Shown here: positions 45,465 through 54,799 of the stretch, piece by piece | Position numbering within the stretch: position 1 is the first letter of the stretch | Layout: every line of letters starts with the position of its first letter | Origin: Phycisphaerales bacterium | Lineage (GTDB): Bacteria > Planctomycetota > Phycisphaerae > Phycisphaerales > UBA1924 | Direction: 5' to 3' | Assembly (NCBI GenBank): GCA_036732005.1 | Contig: DAINDF010000015.1 | Location: 8,406-72,405, forward strand | DNA length: 64,000 nucleotides | Notes under the pieces: generated by a model | Database searches by the model: none | What the model was told of the DNA's origin: nothing | The model's input: only the letters and a program-made list of their open reading frames with translations | Made by a program: the position numbers and the translations under genes

Positions 45465-46325
45465 TTAGAGATCGCTCACCCCGCCCCGGGCGCTCGGGCG
45501 CGCCGAGGGGTCGGCCCCCGAGGACTCGCCCGCCCCGCCGGTGACCGAGATGAGACGGAAACGGCTGACGAGTTCGACCTCAAGGCGGTGGGTGGCTTCC
45601 ATGCCGCGGCGCTGCAGGGCCCGGCGCACCGCGCCGGCGGAGGCCTCGATCTGCTCGAGCCGCTTGCCCGAGGAGATGGTGTCGGCGTGCTGGCGGTAGA
45701 GATAGAGAGGCCTCGGGAGCCGGCGGAACTCGGTGATCTCGCTGAGGCGGAGGCAGAAGTCGTAATCGCCCGCGTAGCGCATCGACTCGTCTAGCCCGCC
45801 GACGCGGTCGTAGAGCTCGCGGCGGTAGAGGCGGAAGTGGAAGGTCATGAAGTCGACGAGGAGGCGGCGGGGGGAGTAGGGGATGTCGGCGCGGTGCCCG
45901 TAGGCGAGCGGGCGGTTGTGCTCGTCGATGACCATCTGATCGGTGTAGACGCAGCCGACTTCCGGGTTGGCGCGCAGCTCGGCGGCGCAGGCGCTCAGGC
46001 AGTCGGGCAGGATGAGGTCGTCGGAATCGACCCAGCCGATGAAGCCCCCCCGGGCGTGCCGGTGGGCGAGGTTGAGGTTGGCGAACGAGCCCGCGTTCCG
46101 CTCGCGCGCGATGGCGCGGACGCGCGGGTCCTCCGCCCCGTGGCGGCGCGCCACGGCGAGCGTCCCGTCGGTGCTGGCGTCGTCGACGACGATGACCTCG
46201 AACGAGGGGTGGTCCTGGTCGCGGATCGAGCGCAGGCAGGCGTCGAGCATCCGCTCGCGGTTGAACGCGCACACGATGACGGTGATTTCTGGCGCCGGGC
46301 CGTCCGCCCCGGCCGGGTCGCTCAT
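45465..46325 (-). CDS. glycosyltransferase family 2
   Basis: ATG at 46325 overlaps the stop codon of the upstream gene (ATGA). ITVIVCAFNRERMLDACLRSI, VIVVDDASTDGT, GWVDSDDLILPD. Confidence 0.88.
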   Translation of the reverse strand: MSDPAGADGPAPEITVIVCAFNRERMLDACLRSIRDQDHPSFEVIVVDDASTDGTLAVARRHGAEDPRVRAIARERNAGSFANLNLAHRHARGGFIGWVDSDDLILPDCLSACAAELRANPEVGCVYTDQMVIDEHNRPLAYGHRADIPYSPRRLLVDFMTFHFRLYRRELYDRVGGLDESMRYAGDYDFCLRLSEITEFRRLPRPLYLYRQHADTISSGKRLEQIEASAGAVRRALQRRGMEATHRLEVELVSRFRLISVTGGAGESSGADPSARPSARGGVSDL

Positions 46326-49300
46326 TCCGCGCACTCCGCGCCGGAGAACAGCTCGACGAATCGAATCAGGTCGGAGGCGTCGAGGACTCCGTCGCCACAC
46401 CCGATCACGCCCTCCAGGGGCATGTCCGCCGAGAGCCGCCCGGCCTGGAAGTCGGCGATGAAGCCGTTGAAGTCGGCGAGATCGAAGGTCTCGAACGGCA
46501 CGACAAGATCGGCGGCGTTGCAGGGGATGCCGATGCCGGTGCTGCCGCAGCGGGCGGTCAGCTCGGCGAGGAAGGCGCCCCGCCCGTGGGTGAAGGCGAC
46601 CATCGTGTTCTTGTCGCGCAGGTCGATCGACTCGACGACAGTGCGCGGCAGCGTGCCGGGCCCGGTCATCGGGATGTTGACGAAGGTCCAGTTGACGCGG
46701 TCCTCGGGGTCGGAACCGTTGTCGGGCCCGTCGGGGTCGCAGAGCAGGTCCTCGGCCCATGCGTCGGCGCTGATGAAGACGCCGATCTCGGTGCCGACGA
46801 TGACGAGGCACTCGCCCGGGTCGTCGCAGGGCCCGCTGTTGCACTTGCGGAGCGTGACCCAATGGGCGGGGACATCGGGCAGGACGGGGTCGATGCCGTC
46901 GTCGGGGTTGCAGTCCACGCCGTCGTAGACGATGAACTGGTACTCGCCGGCGGCCGACCCCTCGGTGACGGTCGAGCCGCGGAAGACATGCCCGAACGAG
47001 CCGGTGGAGGTGAACCGGGCGTTGGTGAGCCAGACGACATCGGGGTCGTAGGGGTCGACGGCGATGCTGGAGACATAGCCCGATTCGAGCGGGAGGCCGA
47101 CATAGAGGACCTCCCAGACGATGTCGGCGGGGTCGTTCGCCAGGCCGTTGAGCGTGCGGAGCACCCACCCGTCCTCGGTGCCCATGTAGACGACATCGGA
47201 ATCGGAGGGCGCGACCGCGATCGCGGAGACGCGGGAGATCAGGTCGAACTGCGGGGGCAGGCCCGGGAAGTTGAAGTTGGGGCCCGCGAGATCCCAGTCG
47301 ACGAGGGCGGGGTCGGCGTCGTTGGCGTTGGTCGTGCGCCAGGGGCGGAGCCCGCCGGTCCAGAGGACATTCGGGTTGTTGGGGTCCATCGCGATCGGCG
47401 TGATGAACAGGCCGAAGTCGGGGCCCAGCCCGTTGTTGATGTTCTCGGGGTCTTCTGATCCCACGGGTGCGGCGGGGTTGAACCGCATGCGGTAGACCGA
47501 GCCGAAGTTCTGCGTGGAGCCGTAGATGGTGTTGTTGTCGGTCGGGTCGATCCAGGTGTAGCCCCCATCGCCGGTCAGGAGGGTGTCCCAGGATTCGGTG
47601 CAGGAGCGCCGGAAGGAGCGGACAACACCGTTGTCCTGCGTGCCGCCGGCGAACATGTCGCGCCCGTTGGGCGCGGTCGTGGTCCCGCTGTCGCCGTGGT
47701 AGAACTGGGTGACCTCGTACCCGTTGTTCAGGTCCTTCCACACGACCTGGGACTGATCGGCCCCGGGCAGGAAGGGGCAGCCGTCCTCGGCGACGGGCGC
47801 ACGGGCGTTGAGGGTGCGGTGGAGCCCGCCGTCGTTTGAGACATACATCGTCTGGTTCGCGACGCCGTCGTACTGGGGGTGGAAGACGATCTCGTGCTGA
47901 TCGGCGTGGACATACTGGGCGGCGCCCGGGTCGAAGTACCAGTAGGACGCGACGCCGAAGTTGGCGGCGCCGTCGTCGGAGCGGAACAGGTCGATGCCGC
48001 CGACCCAGACGATGTCCTCGTCGGCCGGGTCGACCTTGATGATGTTGTCGTACCACCCCTGGCTGAGGTTCTGGTCGATCACGCCCGCGCAGACGCCGGA
48101 GAAGAGCGGGTTGGAGAGCAGGACCTCGTGGAGAAGATTGGTGGGGTGATCGAACTCGAGGCGGGGCTCGAAGACGAGCTGCGCGTCGGTGACGACACCG
48201 TCCATGTTCGTCATTTTGACCAGGCTGGTCATGTCCGCCCGGAAGACATTGATCACGCCGCCGTACTCGAGCCCCTGCGACTCGGCGGGGACATCGAAGA
48301 AATCCCCGTTCCGGGCCATGAGGACATAGACGACGCCCTCGTCGGCCTCGCTGGTGCGCGGGCCGAAGGCGACGGTCATCCGCCCCTGCACGACGGTGTC
48401 GATGCGGTGGATGGTGTCGTCGCTGGCGCCGGTCTGGTCGACCTGGCGGAACCAGCGGTCGCCCCCGTCGACGCTGAGCCAGAGCCCGTCGTCCCGGGCC
48501 CCGCCGAAGGAGGCGAGGACGATCTCCTCCTCGGGCTCATCGGGGTTGCCCGTGCGGGGCGCGGGGCGGACCTGGACATCGAGCGCGCCCTCGATCGAGC
48601 CCCGGGCGTTCTGCTGCCCGAAGAGGTAGATCGGGTTGGCGAGCATGAGGCGCCAGATGTAGTTGTTGCCCTCCCCGTCGGTCGGCTCGCCCCGGTTGTC
48701 GTGCCGCCAGACGCCCGTCCGCGTCGCGACATAGATGCGCTTGGGATCGGCCGGGCTGATCGCGATCTTGTTGACATACTGGAACGCGAAGGAGGCGACG
48801 AAGGGGAAGAGCGTCTCCTCCATCTGCTGCCAGGACAGGCCCCCGTTGGTGCTCTTGTACATGCCCAGGCCCTGGACCGCGTCGCCGTTGAAGAAGCCCT
48901 CGCCGGTGCCGGCGTAGACGATCTGCGGGTTCTCGGGGTCCATGGCGAGCGCGGAGACGGCGATGTTCTCGAGCAGGTCCGCCACGGGGCGCCACGACGC
49001 CCCGCCGTCGTCGCTCCTGAAGATGCCGCCGGCCACGCCCGCGGCGAGCATGAACCCGGGGTCGTCCGGGTCGGTCGAGCCCGGGCCGAGCGGGTGGATC
49101 ACCATCGCACGCGTGCGCCCGCCGACATTCCCCGGGCCCAGGTTGCGCCAGGTGTCGACGAAGTCCTCCGCTTTCACATCGCCCCGGAGCAGCGCCCGCT
49201 CGCGGAGCAGCGCCGCCTGACGCTCGGCCTTGCGGGCCGCCTCACGCACCTGCTCGACCGGATAGTCGACCCCCGCGGGCACGCGCTGCTCGAGCCAGTA

Positions 49301-49543
49301 CGCCTGCCGATCGGCCTGTTTGGTCGGGCTCTTGCCCACCACCGTCCGCCGGATCTTCCCGTCCACGATCCGCTGCACCTCGGGCGGGAGCGTCTCGTAC
49401 GCCACCCGCTCTCGCCAGAGCCGCTCGGCGGCCTGCTCGTGAGACCGACCCGGAGCCGGCGCCGCGCCCGCGAGCAGACCCGAGGCGATCAACCCGAGCG
49501 CCCTGAGCCCGACGCACATCCCGAACTTCCTCGGATTGCCCAT
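46322..49543 (-). CDS. secreted BNR/Asp-box repeat (sortilin/VPS10- or GH74-like) double-propeller protein with a degenerate dockerin-like C-terminus
   Basis: ATG at 49543. Signal peptide MGNPRKFGMCVGLRALGLIASGLLAGAA. Asp-boxes FRSDDGGASW, YKSTNGGLSW, LSVDGGDRW, FRSDDGAANF, VSNDGGLHR. Ends CNAADLVVPFETFDLADFNGFIADF...GDGVLDASDLIRFVELFSGAECAE. Confidence 0.85.
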   Translation of the reverse strand: MGNPRKFGMCVGLRALGLIASGLLAGAAPAPGRSHEQAAERLWRERVAYETLPPEVQRIVDGKIRRTVVGKSPTKQADRQAYWLEQRVPAGVDYPVEQVREAARKAERQAALLRERALLRGDVKAEDFVDTWRNLGPGNVGGRTRAMVIHPLGPGSTDPDDPGFMLAAGVAGGIFRSDDGGASWRPVADLLENIAVSALAMDPENPQIVYAGTGEGFFNGDAVQGLGMYKSTNGGLSWQQMEETLFPFVASFAFQYVNKIAISPADPKRIYVATRTGVWRHDNRGEPTDGEGNNYIWRLMLANPIYLFGQQNARGSIEGALDVQVRPAPRTGNPDEPEEEIVLASFGGARDDGLWLSVDGGDRWFRQVDQTGASDDTIHRIDTVVQGRMTVAFGPRTSEADEGVVYVLMARNGDFFDVPAESQGLEYGGVINVFRADMTSLVKMTNMDGVVTDAQLVFEPRLEFDHPTNLLHEVLLSNPLFSGVCAGVIDQNLSQGWYDNIIKVDPADEDIVWVGGIDLFRSDDGAANFGVASYWYFDPGAAQYVHADQHEIVFHPQYDGVANQTMYVSNDGGLHRTLNARAPVAEDGCPFLPGADQSQVVWKDLNNGYEVTQFYHGDSGTTTAPNGRDMFAGGTQDNGVVRSFRRSCTESWDTLLTGDGGYTWIDPTDNNTIYGSTQNFGSVYRMRFNPAAPVGSEDPENINNGLGPDFGLFITPIAMDPNNPNVLWTGGLRPWRTTNANDADPALVDWDLAGPNFNFPGLPPQFDLISRVSAIAVAPSDSDVVYMGTEDGWVLRTLNGLANDPADIVWEVLYVGLPLESGYVSSIAVDPYDPDVVWLTNARFTSTGSFGHVFRGSTVTEGSAAGEYQFIVYDGVDCNPDDGIDPVLPDVPAHWVTLRKCNSGPCDDPGECLVIVGTEIGVFISADAWAEDLLCDPDGPDNGSDPEDRVNWTFVNIPMTGPGTLPRTVVESIDLRDKNTMVAFTHGRGAFLAELTARCGSTGIGIPCNAADLVVPFETFDLADFNGFIADFQAGRLSADMPLEGVIGCGDGVLDASDLIRFVELFSGAECAE

Positions 49544-49824
49544 GCCGTGATGTCCTTTGCGAGAACCCGCTCCACCGGCGCCGGCCGCGACGCCCGCGCC
49601 AAACCCCCGCCCGCTCAGCGTAGAGCGATACGCAGAATCAGACAATCGGGTTCTTGTTCGAGCGAGGGCCCCACCCCCTTGGACCCCGCGCGGACCGGAC
49701 CGGGAGGTCCGAGAAACTCTTTCTTCCTACTTCACAGATTGCGGCTGGGGCGGATCGTCGGGATCCGTTACGCTCCCCCGAACCGGCGTCGGGGACGCCG
49801 CCCGAGGCGAAAGAGGAGAATCCC

Positions 49825-52800
49825 ATGGCATCATCGATCGGTCCCGCCCTGCTGGGGCTCGGCGCACTCGCTCTCACCCTGCCGAACGCGGCGGCCCAGA
49901 GCATGACCCCCGCGGAGTTCAACGCCGCCCTCGCCAACGCGCGGGTCGTGGGCCCCGCGGGGCAACCCGAGTTGATCATCCCCATCGACACGCCGGGCTG
50001 GGCCCAGGGGCTGGGTGTGACCGGGGCCTTCCGCCATTACAAGGGCCTGTGCGGGCCCGACGGCGCCCTCGCCAGCATCCAGCAACTCGTGGCCCACGCC
50101 GAGCGGGACCTGACCGGCGCCTCGGTCCGGGGCATCGGGGTCCCGGCGACGCAGGTGATCGGCGACAGCCCCACGGTCAAGGTCACCTACGACGCCCTCA
50201 ATCCCTTTGCGTTGATCTACCTCGGCGACTTCATCGACGCCGCCGAGTATGTCGACCTCCAGTTCCAGAACCGCGTCACCATCAGCGTCACCATGGACGC
50301 CGAGTCCATCCCGGGCAGCACCATCGGCTCGGCCGGGAGCACGCGGTTCGACATCCCCTGGTCGACCTATGTCGAAGGCCTGCGGCACCAGTCCAACCGC
50401 GAGGACGATGACTTCGCCGACGCCCTGCCCGCCGCCTCCCTCCCCGTCCGGTTCGGCTTCCCGGGCACGGGCACGACCAATGTCACGGCGATCCGCGTCA
50501 CCGACGCCCAGCTCCGCGCCGCCTTCGGCGACACGGTCGTCGCCGAGGCCGAGTCGGTCAGCATCACGCTCGACACGGACAACTCCTGGTCGCTCAACGG
50601 CTGCGACAGCCTGCCCAGCGGTTCGCAGCTGAGCCTGGTGGATGTCGCGGTGCACGAGATCACCCACGGCCTGGGGTTCACCAGCGCCATCGCCGAGGGG
50701 GGCGACAACAGCAACAACCGCATCCAGGGCCTCGATGTCGCCCGGTTCTTCGAAGATCCTCTCTTCGGCGCCCTCCCCGGCGTCTCGGGCGGGCGGCCGC
50801 TCAACAACGCCCAGTTCGCCACCTTCCCGCGCCACGGCGAGGGCGCCATCCTGAGCGGGATCTCCCAGCACTGGTACGCCAACACCGCCGACGGATTCGT
50901 GACCTTGCTCGAGGAGGGCGACGCCAACCAGCCCTCACACCTCTCCCGCCGCAGCGCGTTTGAGGACAAGCTGGGCATCATGGACCCCGTGCTGAATTCG
51001 GGAACCTCCTTCTGCACCTCGTTCTACTCCGCCAACGACCTCAAGCCCCTCGACGACATGGGCTGGTACCCGGTCGCCGCGAACATCCTCGCCGACTGCA
51101 ACGGGAACTTCCTCCCCGACTTCCTGGACATCCTGAACGGCGCGCCCGACACCAACCGGAACAACATCCCCGACTCGTGCGAGACCTTCTTCGCCGATGT
51201 GAGCATCGGCGCCGCGATCTCGGGGCTCACGCTCTCCCAGTGGAGCACCCCGGGGCTGACGACGCTCGACGGGTTCAACCCCAACAACTTCAACCTCGTC
51301 TTCCGCGGCGCCACGGACGACGCGACCACCAGCTACACCTCCAGCGCCGATATCGTCGCCCGATTCAGCGGGCACTTCAACGCCCCCGCCACCGGGCAGT
51401 ACGCCTTCCGCGTCGACCACTCCGACGCGGCGACCCTCCGCGTCGCGGGGCAGACGCTCCTGGCGATCAACGCGGGCCGGGCGACGACGCGGACGAACTC
51501 TTCGACGCAGATCGCCCCGCAGAACTTCATCAACCTCGACGCGGGGCTTCACGCCTTCGAGCTGACCGTCATCCTCAACAACTCGGGCGACGCCTGCTCC
51601 GTCATCGCCGACGCGATCGCGCTGGGCGACTGGCGCGCCCTCGTGCAGAACGACTTCCGCCGGGCCCTGTCCTCGTTCCCGGACTGCAACAGCAACGGCA
51701 TCGACGACCAGTTCGACGCCGACGCCGACAACGACGGCATCCCGGACGACTGCGAGGCCGACTGCGACAACGACGGCATCGCCGACGAGACCCAGTTCGC
51801 GGGCGACCTCGCCTCGCGCACCGTGCTCGGTGTCCTCGCCGCCCCGGGCGAGGTGGTCACGCTCTCCACCGCCGGGTCCAACTTCGACACCGAGATCGCC
51901 CTCTACGACGCCAACGGGACGCTCATCCAGGCCGACGACGACGGCGGCCCGGGCACCCAGAGCGAGATCGTCCGGACGCTGGGCGCGGGCACCTACCGGC
52001 TCGGCGTCGGCGGGTTCAACATCATCTTCGCCAACGGCCCGTCGATCACCTACCCCGCCGGCTGCGCCGATTCCGGCAACGCCGTCGTCGCGATCTCGAG
52101 CGCCTCGGGCCTGTTCAGCGGGCCCACCGCGGTCGCCTCGGGCCGCACGCGCTGGTTCGAGTTCACCGTCCAGGAGACCGCCGACTGCGACAACGACGGC
52201 ATCCTCGACTCGCAGGAGTTCGACTGCGACAGCGACGGCGTCCCCGATGACTGCCAGATCTTCGACTTCGACTTCGGCGGGGGTGTCGTCGGCACCAGCG
52301 ATCAGACCATCATCATCAACACGATCGGATCGTCGTTCGACACCGAGATCGCGGTCTGGGACAGCAACGGCCTCCTCCTCGCCCAGAACGACGACATCGC
52401 ATTCCCCAACCTCCAGAGCGAGATCGTCCGCGCCTACGACCCGGGCGACTACCTCCTCTGCGTCGCGGGCTACAACACCGTGTTCAGCGACTTCGCCCCC
52501 GACTTCATGTCCGGCGGCGTCCAGGTCAATGTCGACGGGTGCTCGGCCGGCGGGCTCATCAGCCTCGAGATCGGCAGCGAGGGCGGGACCGACATCTTCG
52601 ACCTGCCCCCCGGGCGCGTCGCCTTCTTCCCGTTCACCATCGACCTGCCCTCGCCCGCGTGCAACGCGGCCGACCTCGCGCCCCCCTTCGGCCTGCTCGA
52701 TCTCTCTGACATCACCACCTTCGTCGCGGGCTTCACCGGGCAGGACCCCGCCGTCGACTTCGACAACAACGGGCTGTTCGACCTCGCCGATATTACCACC

Positions 52801-52833
52801 TTCGTCAACGCCTTCCTCGCCGGTTGCCCCTGA
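49825..52833 (+). CDS. secreted multidomain protein: HExxH metalloprotease-like domain, PA14 domain, TSP3-type Ca-binding repeats, two PPC-like modules, C-terminal Cys...GCP dockerin-like module
   Basis: ATG at 49825 preceded by AGAGGAG. Signal peptide MASSIGPALLGLGALALTLPNAAAQ. VAVHEITHGLGF. The PA14-like part reads FSGHFNAPATGQYAFRVDHSDAATLRVAG. DADADNDGIPDDCEADCDNDGIADE; SNFDTEIALYDANGTLIQADDDG and SSFDTEIAVWDSNGLLLAQNDD. Ends ...FVNAFLAGCP. Confidence 0.88.
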   Translation: MASSIGPALLGLGALALTLPNAAAQSMTPAEFNAALANARVVGPAGQPELIIPIDTPGWAQGLGVTGAFRHYKGLCGPDGALASIQQLVAHAERDLTGASVRGIGVPATQVIGDSPTVKVTYDALNPFALIYLGDFIDAAEYVDLQFQNRVTISVTMDAESIPGSTIGSAGSTRFDIPWSTYVEGLRHQSNREDDDFADALPAASLPVRFGFPGTGTTNVTAIRVTDAQLRAAFGDTVVAEAESVSITLDTDNSWSLNGCDSLPSGSQLSLVDVAVHEITHGLGFTSAIAEGGDNSNNRIQGLDVARFFEDPLFGALPGVSGGRPLNNAQFATFPRHGEGAILSGISQHWYANTADGFVTLLEEGDANQPSHLSRRSAFEDKLGIMDPVLNSGTSFCTSFYSANDLKPLDDMGWYPVAANILADCNGNFLPDFLDILNGAPDTNRNNIPDSCETFFADVSIGAAISGLTLSQWSTPGLTTLDGFNPNNFNLVFRGATDDATTSYTSSADIVARFSGHFNAPATGQYAFRVDHSDAATLRVAGQTLLAINAGRATTRTNSSTQIAPQNFINLDAGLHAFELTVILNNSGDACSVIADAIALGDWRALVQNDFRRALSSFPDCNSNGIDDQFDADADNDGIPDDCEADCDNDGIADETQFAGDLASRTVLGVLAAPGEVVTLSTAGSNFDTEIALYDANGTLIQADDDGGPGTQSEIVRTLGAGTYRLGVGGFNIIFANGPSITYPAGCADSGNAVVAISSASGLFSGPTAVASGRTRWFEFTVQETADCDNDGILDSQEFDCDSDGVPDDCQIFDFDFGGGVVGTSDQTIIINTIGSSFDTEIAVWDSNGLLLAQNDDIAFPNLQSEIVRAYDPGDYLLCVAGYNTVFSDFAPDFMSGGVQVNVDGCSAGGLISLEIGSEGGTDIFDLPPGRVAFFPFTIDLPSPACNAADLAPPFGLLDLSDITTFVAGFTGQDPAVDFDNNGLFDLADITTFVNAFLAGCP

Positions 52834-52867
52834 GCCGACACGGCAACAACCCACGCCCTGATTGATC

Positions 52868-52900
52868 GGGGGCCCGGGACGCGACCCGGGCCCCTTCTTC
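52868..52900 (+). terminator. rho-independent terminator (GGGCCCGGG family)
   Basis: GGGGCCCGGG-ACGCGA-CCCGGGCCCC hairpin followed by TTCTTCGTGCCGAC. Confidence 0.6.
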
Positions 52901-53100
52901 GTGCCGACTCCGCCCCGGCCTCGGGCACACCCCACTCCAGAGAGGGGTTGGCACGCCGCGCCCTCGGTGTAGCGTGCCGGCTCGACGGTCAGGAGAAACG
53001 ACGCCGCGCCCGCGCGTTTGTGGACACTCGGAGTGATGCGCTGCAACGGATGTCGCTTCACACGCGCACCTGACCCACACAGGAGCAGAGGAGCCACACC

Positions 53101-54708
53101 ATGACACATCGATTCGTTTCCACGGCGATCATCGCCGGCATGACCGGGCTGCCCGTTCTCGCCAGCGCCCAGCCCACCGTCCGCGTCAACCTCGGGCCGG
53201 GAGGTGCCCAGGGCGACGGCATCAACACCGAGGTCGCAGCCAGCGATGACGGGAGGCATGTTGTCTTCGCCAGCACCTCGACCAACCTCGTGCCGGGCGG
53301 CACCTCGGGCCGCCAGGTCTTCGCCGCCGATCGCGATCCGGACGGCAACGGCGTGCTCGACGAGGGCAACACCCTCGTCACCCTGATGAGCCTGGGCATC
53401 GACGGGCTGCCCGGGAACGGGAGCCAGGGCGGATTCAACGGGTTCCACGGCGTCGACCTCTCCGCCGACGGACGCTTCGTCCTCTGGTCGAGCCAGTCCA
53501 CCAACCTGGTCGCGGGCGATACCTCCGGCTTCGGGAGCTACGACATCTTCGTCCGCGACCGCGACCCCGACGGCAACGGTGTCTTCGACGAGAGCAACGG
53601 CGTGACCGAGCGCGTCAATGTCGGCCCGGGAGGCCTCCAGGCCGACCACCCCGACAGCGGGGCCGACCAGATGGGCATCTCGGGCGACGGGCGCTTCGTC
53701 GTCTACAGCTCCTCGGCCACCAACCTCGTCCCGGGCGACTCGCAGGATGTCGTGCCCAACATCTATCTGCACGACCGCCAAACAGGCCTGAACAACCGGC
53801 TCGATCTGCTCACCTCGACGCAGAATGTCGGGAGCCGATACCCCCAGATCTCGACCGACGGCTCGTGGGTCGTCTACGCGGCCTACGCCGATTTCCAGAA
53901 CTTCACCAACAAGCAGATCATCGTCGTCGGCCCGGCGGACGCCAACCCCGTTGTCGTCAGCAAGAACGACAACGGGATCCTCGGCAACGGAGATTCGGGC
54001 ACCAACCCCAACACCCGCGGCCCGCGGATCAGCGGCGACGGGCGGTTCGTCGCCTTCGTCTCGCTCGCCACCAACCTCGATGTGACCAGGGCCGGCGACC
54101 CCTCGAACACCTTCAAGCTCTTCCTGCACGACCGAGACAGCGACGGCAACGGCGTGTTCGACGAGCCCGGGGGGTTCACCACACGGCGGGTCGATGTCGG
54201 CCCCGGAGGTGTCGCGGCCGACGGGTTCTTCGCCCGCGACCCCGACCTCGCCGACAACGGGCGGCTCGTGTTCACCGCCAACGCTTCCAACCTCGTGCCG
54301 GGTGACACCACGCCGACCACACTCGCCGACACCTACCTCTACGAGCCCGCCGCCGGCACGCTCGAGGTCATCAGCCGCGCCACCAACGGCGATCAGGCCA
54401 ACAGCAACTGCTTCTTCCCCGTGCTCACGGGGGACGGCGCGCAGGCCGTCTTCGGCTCTCAGGCGTTCAACCTCGTGCCCGGAGACACCAACGGGCGCGA
54501 CGACATCTTCGCCCGCACGCTCCCCCCGGCGGCGTGCAACTCGGCCGAACTCGCGCCGCCCTTCGGCACGCTCGATCTCGCCGACATCACCGCGTTCGTC
54601 GCGGGCTTCACCGGGCTGGACCCCATCGCGGACCTCGACCACAACGGGCTGTTCGACCTCGCCGACATCGGCCTCTTCGTCAACGCCTTCCTCGCCGGCT
54701 GCCCCTGA
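53101..54708 (+). CDS. secreted PD40/TolB-type beta-propeller repeat protein with C-terminal Cys...GCP dockerin-like module
   Basis: 535 aa. Signal peptide MTHRFVSTAIIAGMTGLPVLASA. Six repeats of the type FASTSTNLVPGGTSGRQVFAADRDPDGNG and SSATNLVPGDSQD..NIYLHD. Ends CNSAELAPPFGTLDLADITAFVAGFTGLDPIADLDHNGLFDLADIGLFVNAFLAGCP. Confidence 0.88.
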   Translation: MTHRFVSTAIIAGMTGLPVLASAQPTVRVNLGPGGAQGDGINTEVAASDDGRHVVFASTSTNLVPGGTSGRQVFAADRDPDGNGVLDEGNTLVTLMSLGIDGLPGNGSQGGFNGFHGVDLSADGRFVLWSSQSTNLVAGDTSGFGSYDIFVRDRDPDGNGVFDESNGVTERVNVGPGGLQADHPDSGADQMGISGDGRFVVYSSSATNLVPGDSQDVVPNIYLHDRQTGLNNRLDLLTSTQNVGSRYPQISTDGSWVVYAAYADFQNFTNKQIIVVGPADANPVVVSKNDNGILGNGDSGTNPNTRGPRISGDGRFVAFVSLATNLDVTRAGDPSNTFKLFLHDRDSDGNGVFDEPGGFTTRRVDVGPGGVAADGFFARDPDLADNGRLVFTANASNLVPGDTTPTTLADTYLYEPAAGTLEVISRATNGDQANSNCFFPVLTGDGAQAVFGSQAFNLVPGDTNGRDDIFARTLPPAACNSAELAPPFGTLDLADITAFVAGFTGLDPIADLDHNGLFDLADIGLFVNAFLAGCP

Positions 54709-54744
54709 ATCGCCCCCGAGGACCGACGACCTTCGATGAAACAA

Positions 54745-54774
54745 GGGCCCGGGGTTCCGCCCCGGGCCCTTTTT
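54745..54774 (+). terminator. rho-independent terminator (GGGCCCGGG family), possibly bidirectional
   Basis: GGGCCCGGGG-TTCC-GCCCCGGGCCC hairpin followed by TTTTTCGTGCCGAC. It sits between convergent genes ending at 54708 and 54800. Confidence 0.7.
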
Positions 54775-54799
54775 CGTGCCGACCCTGATCACGCCGCGA

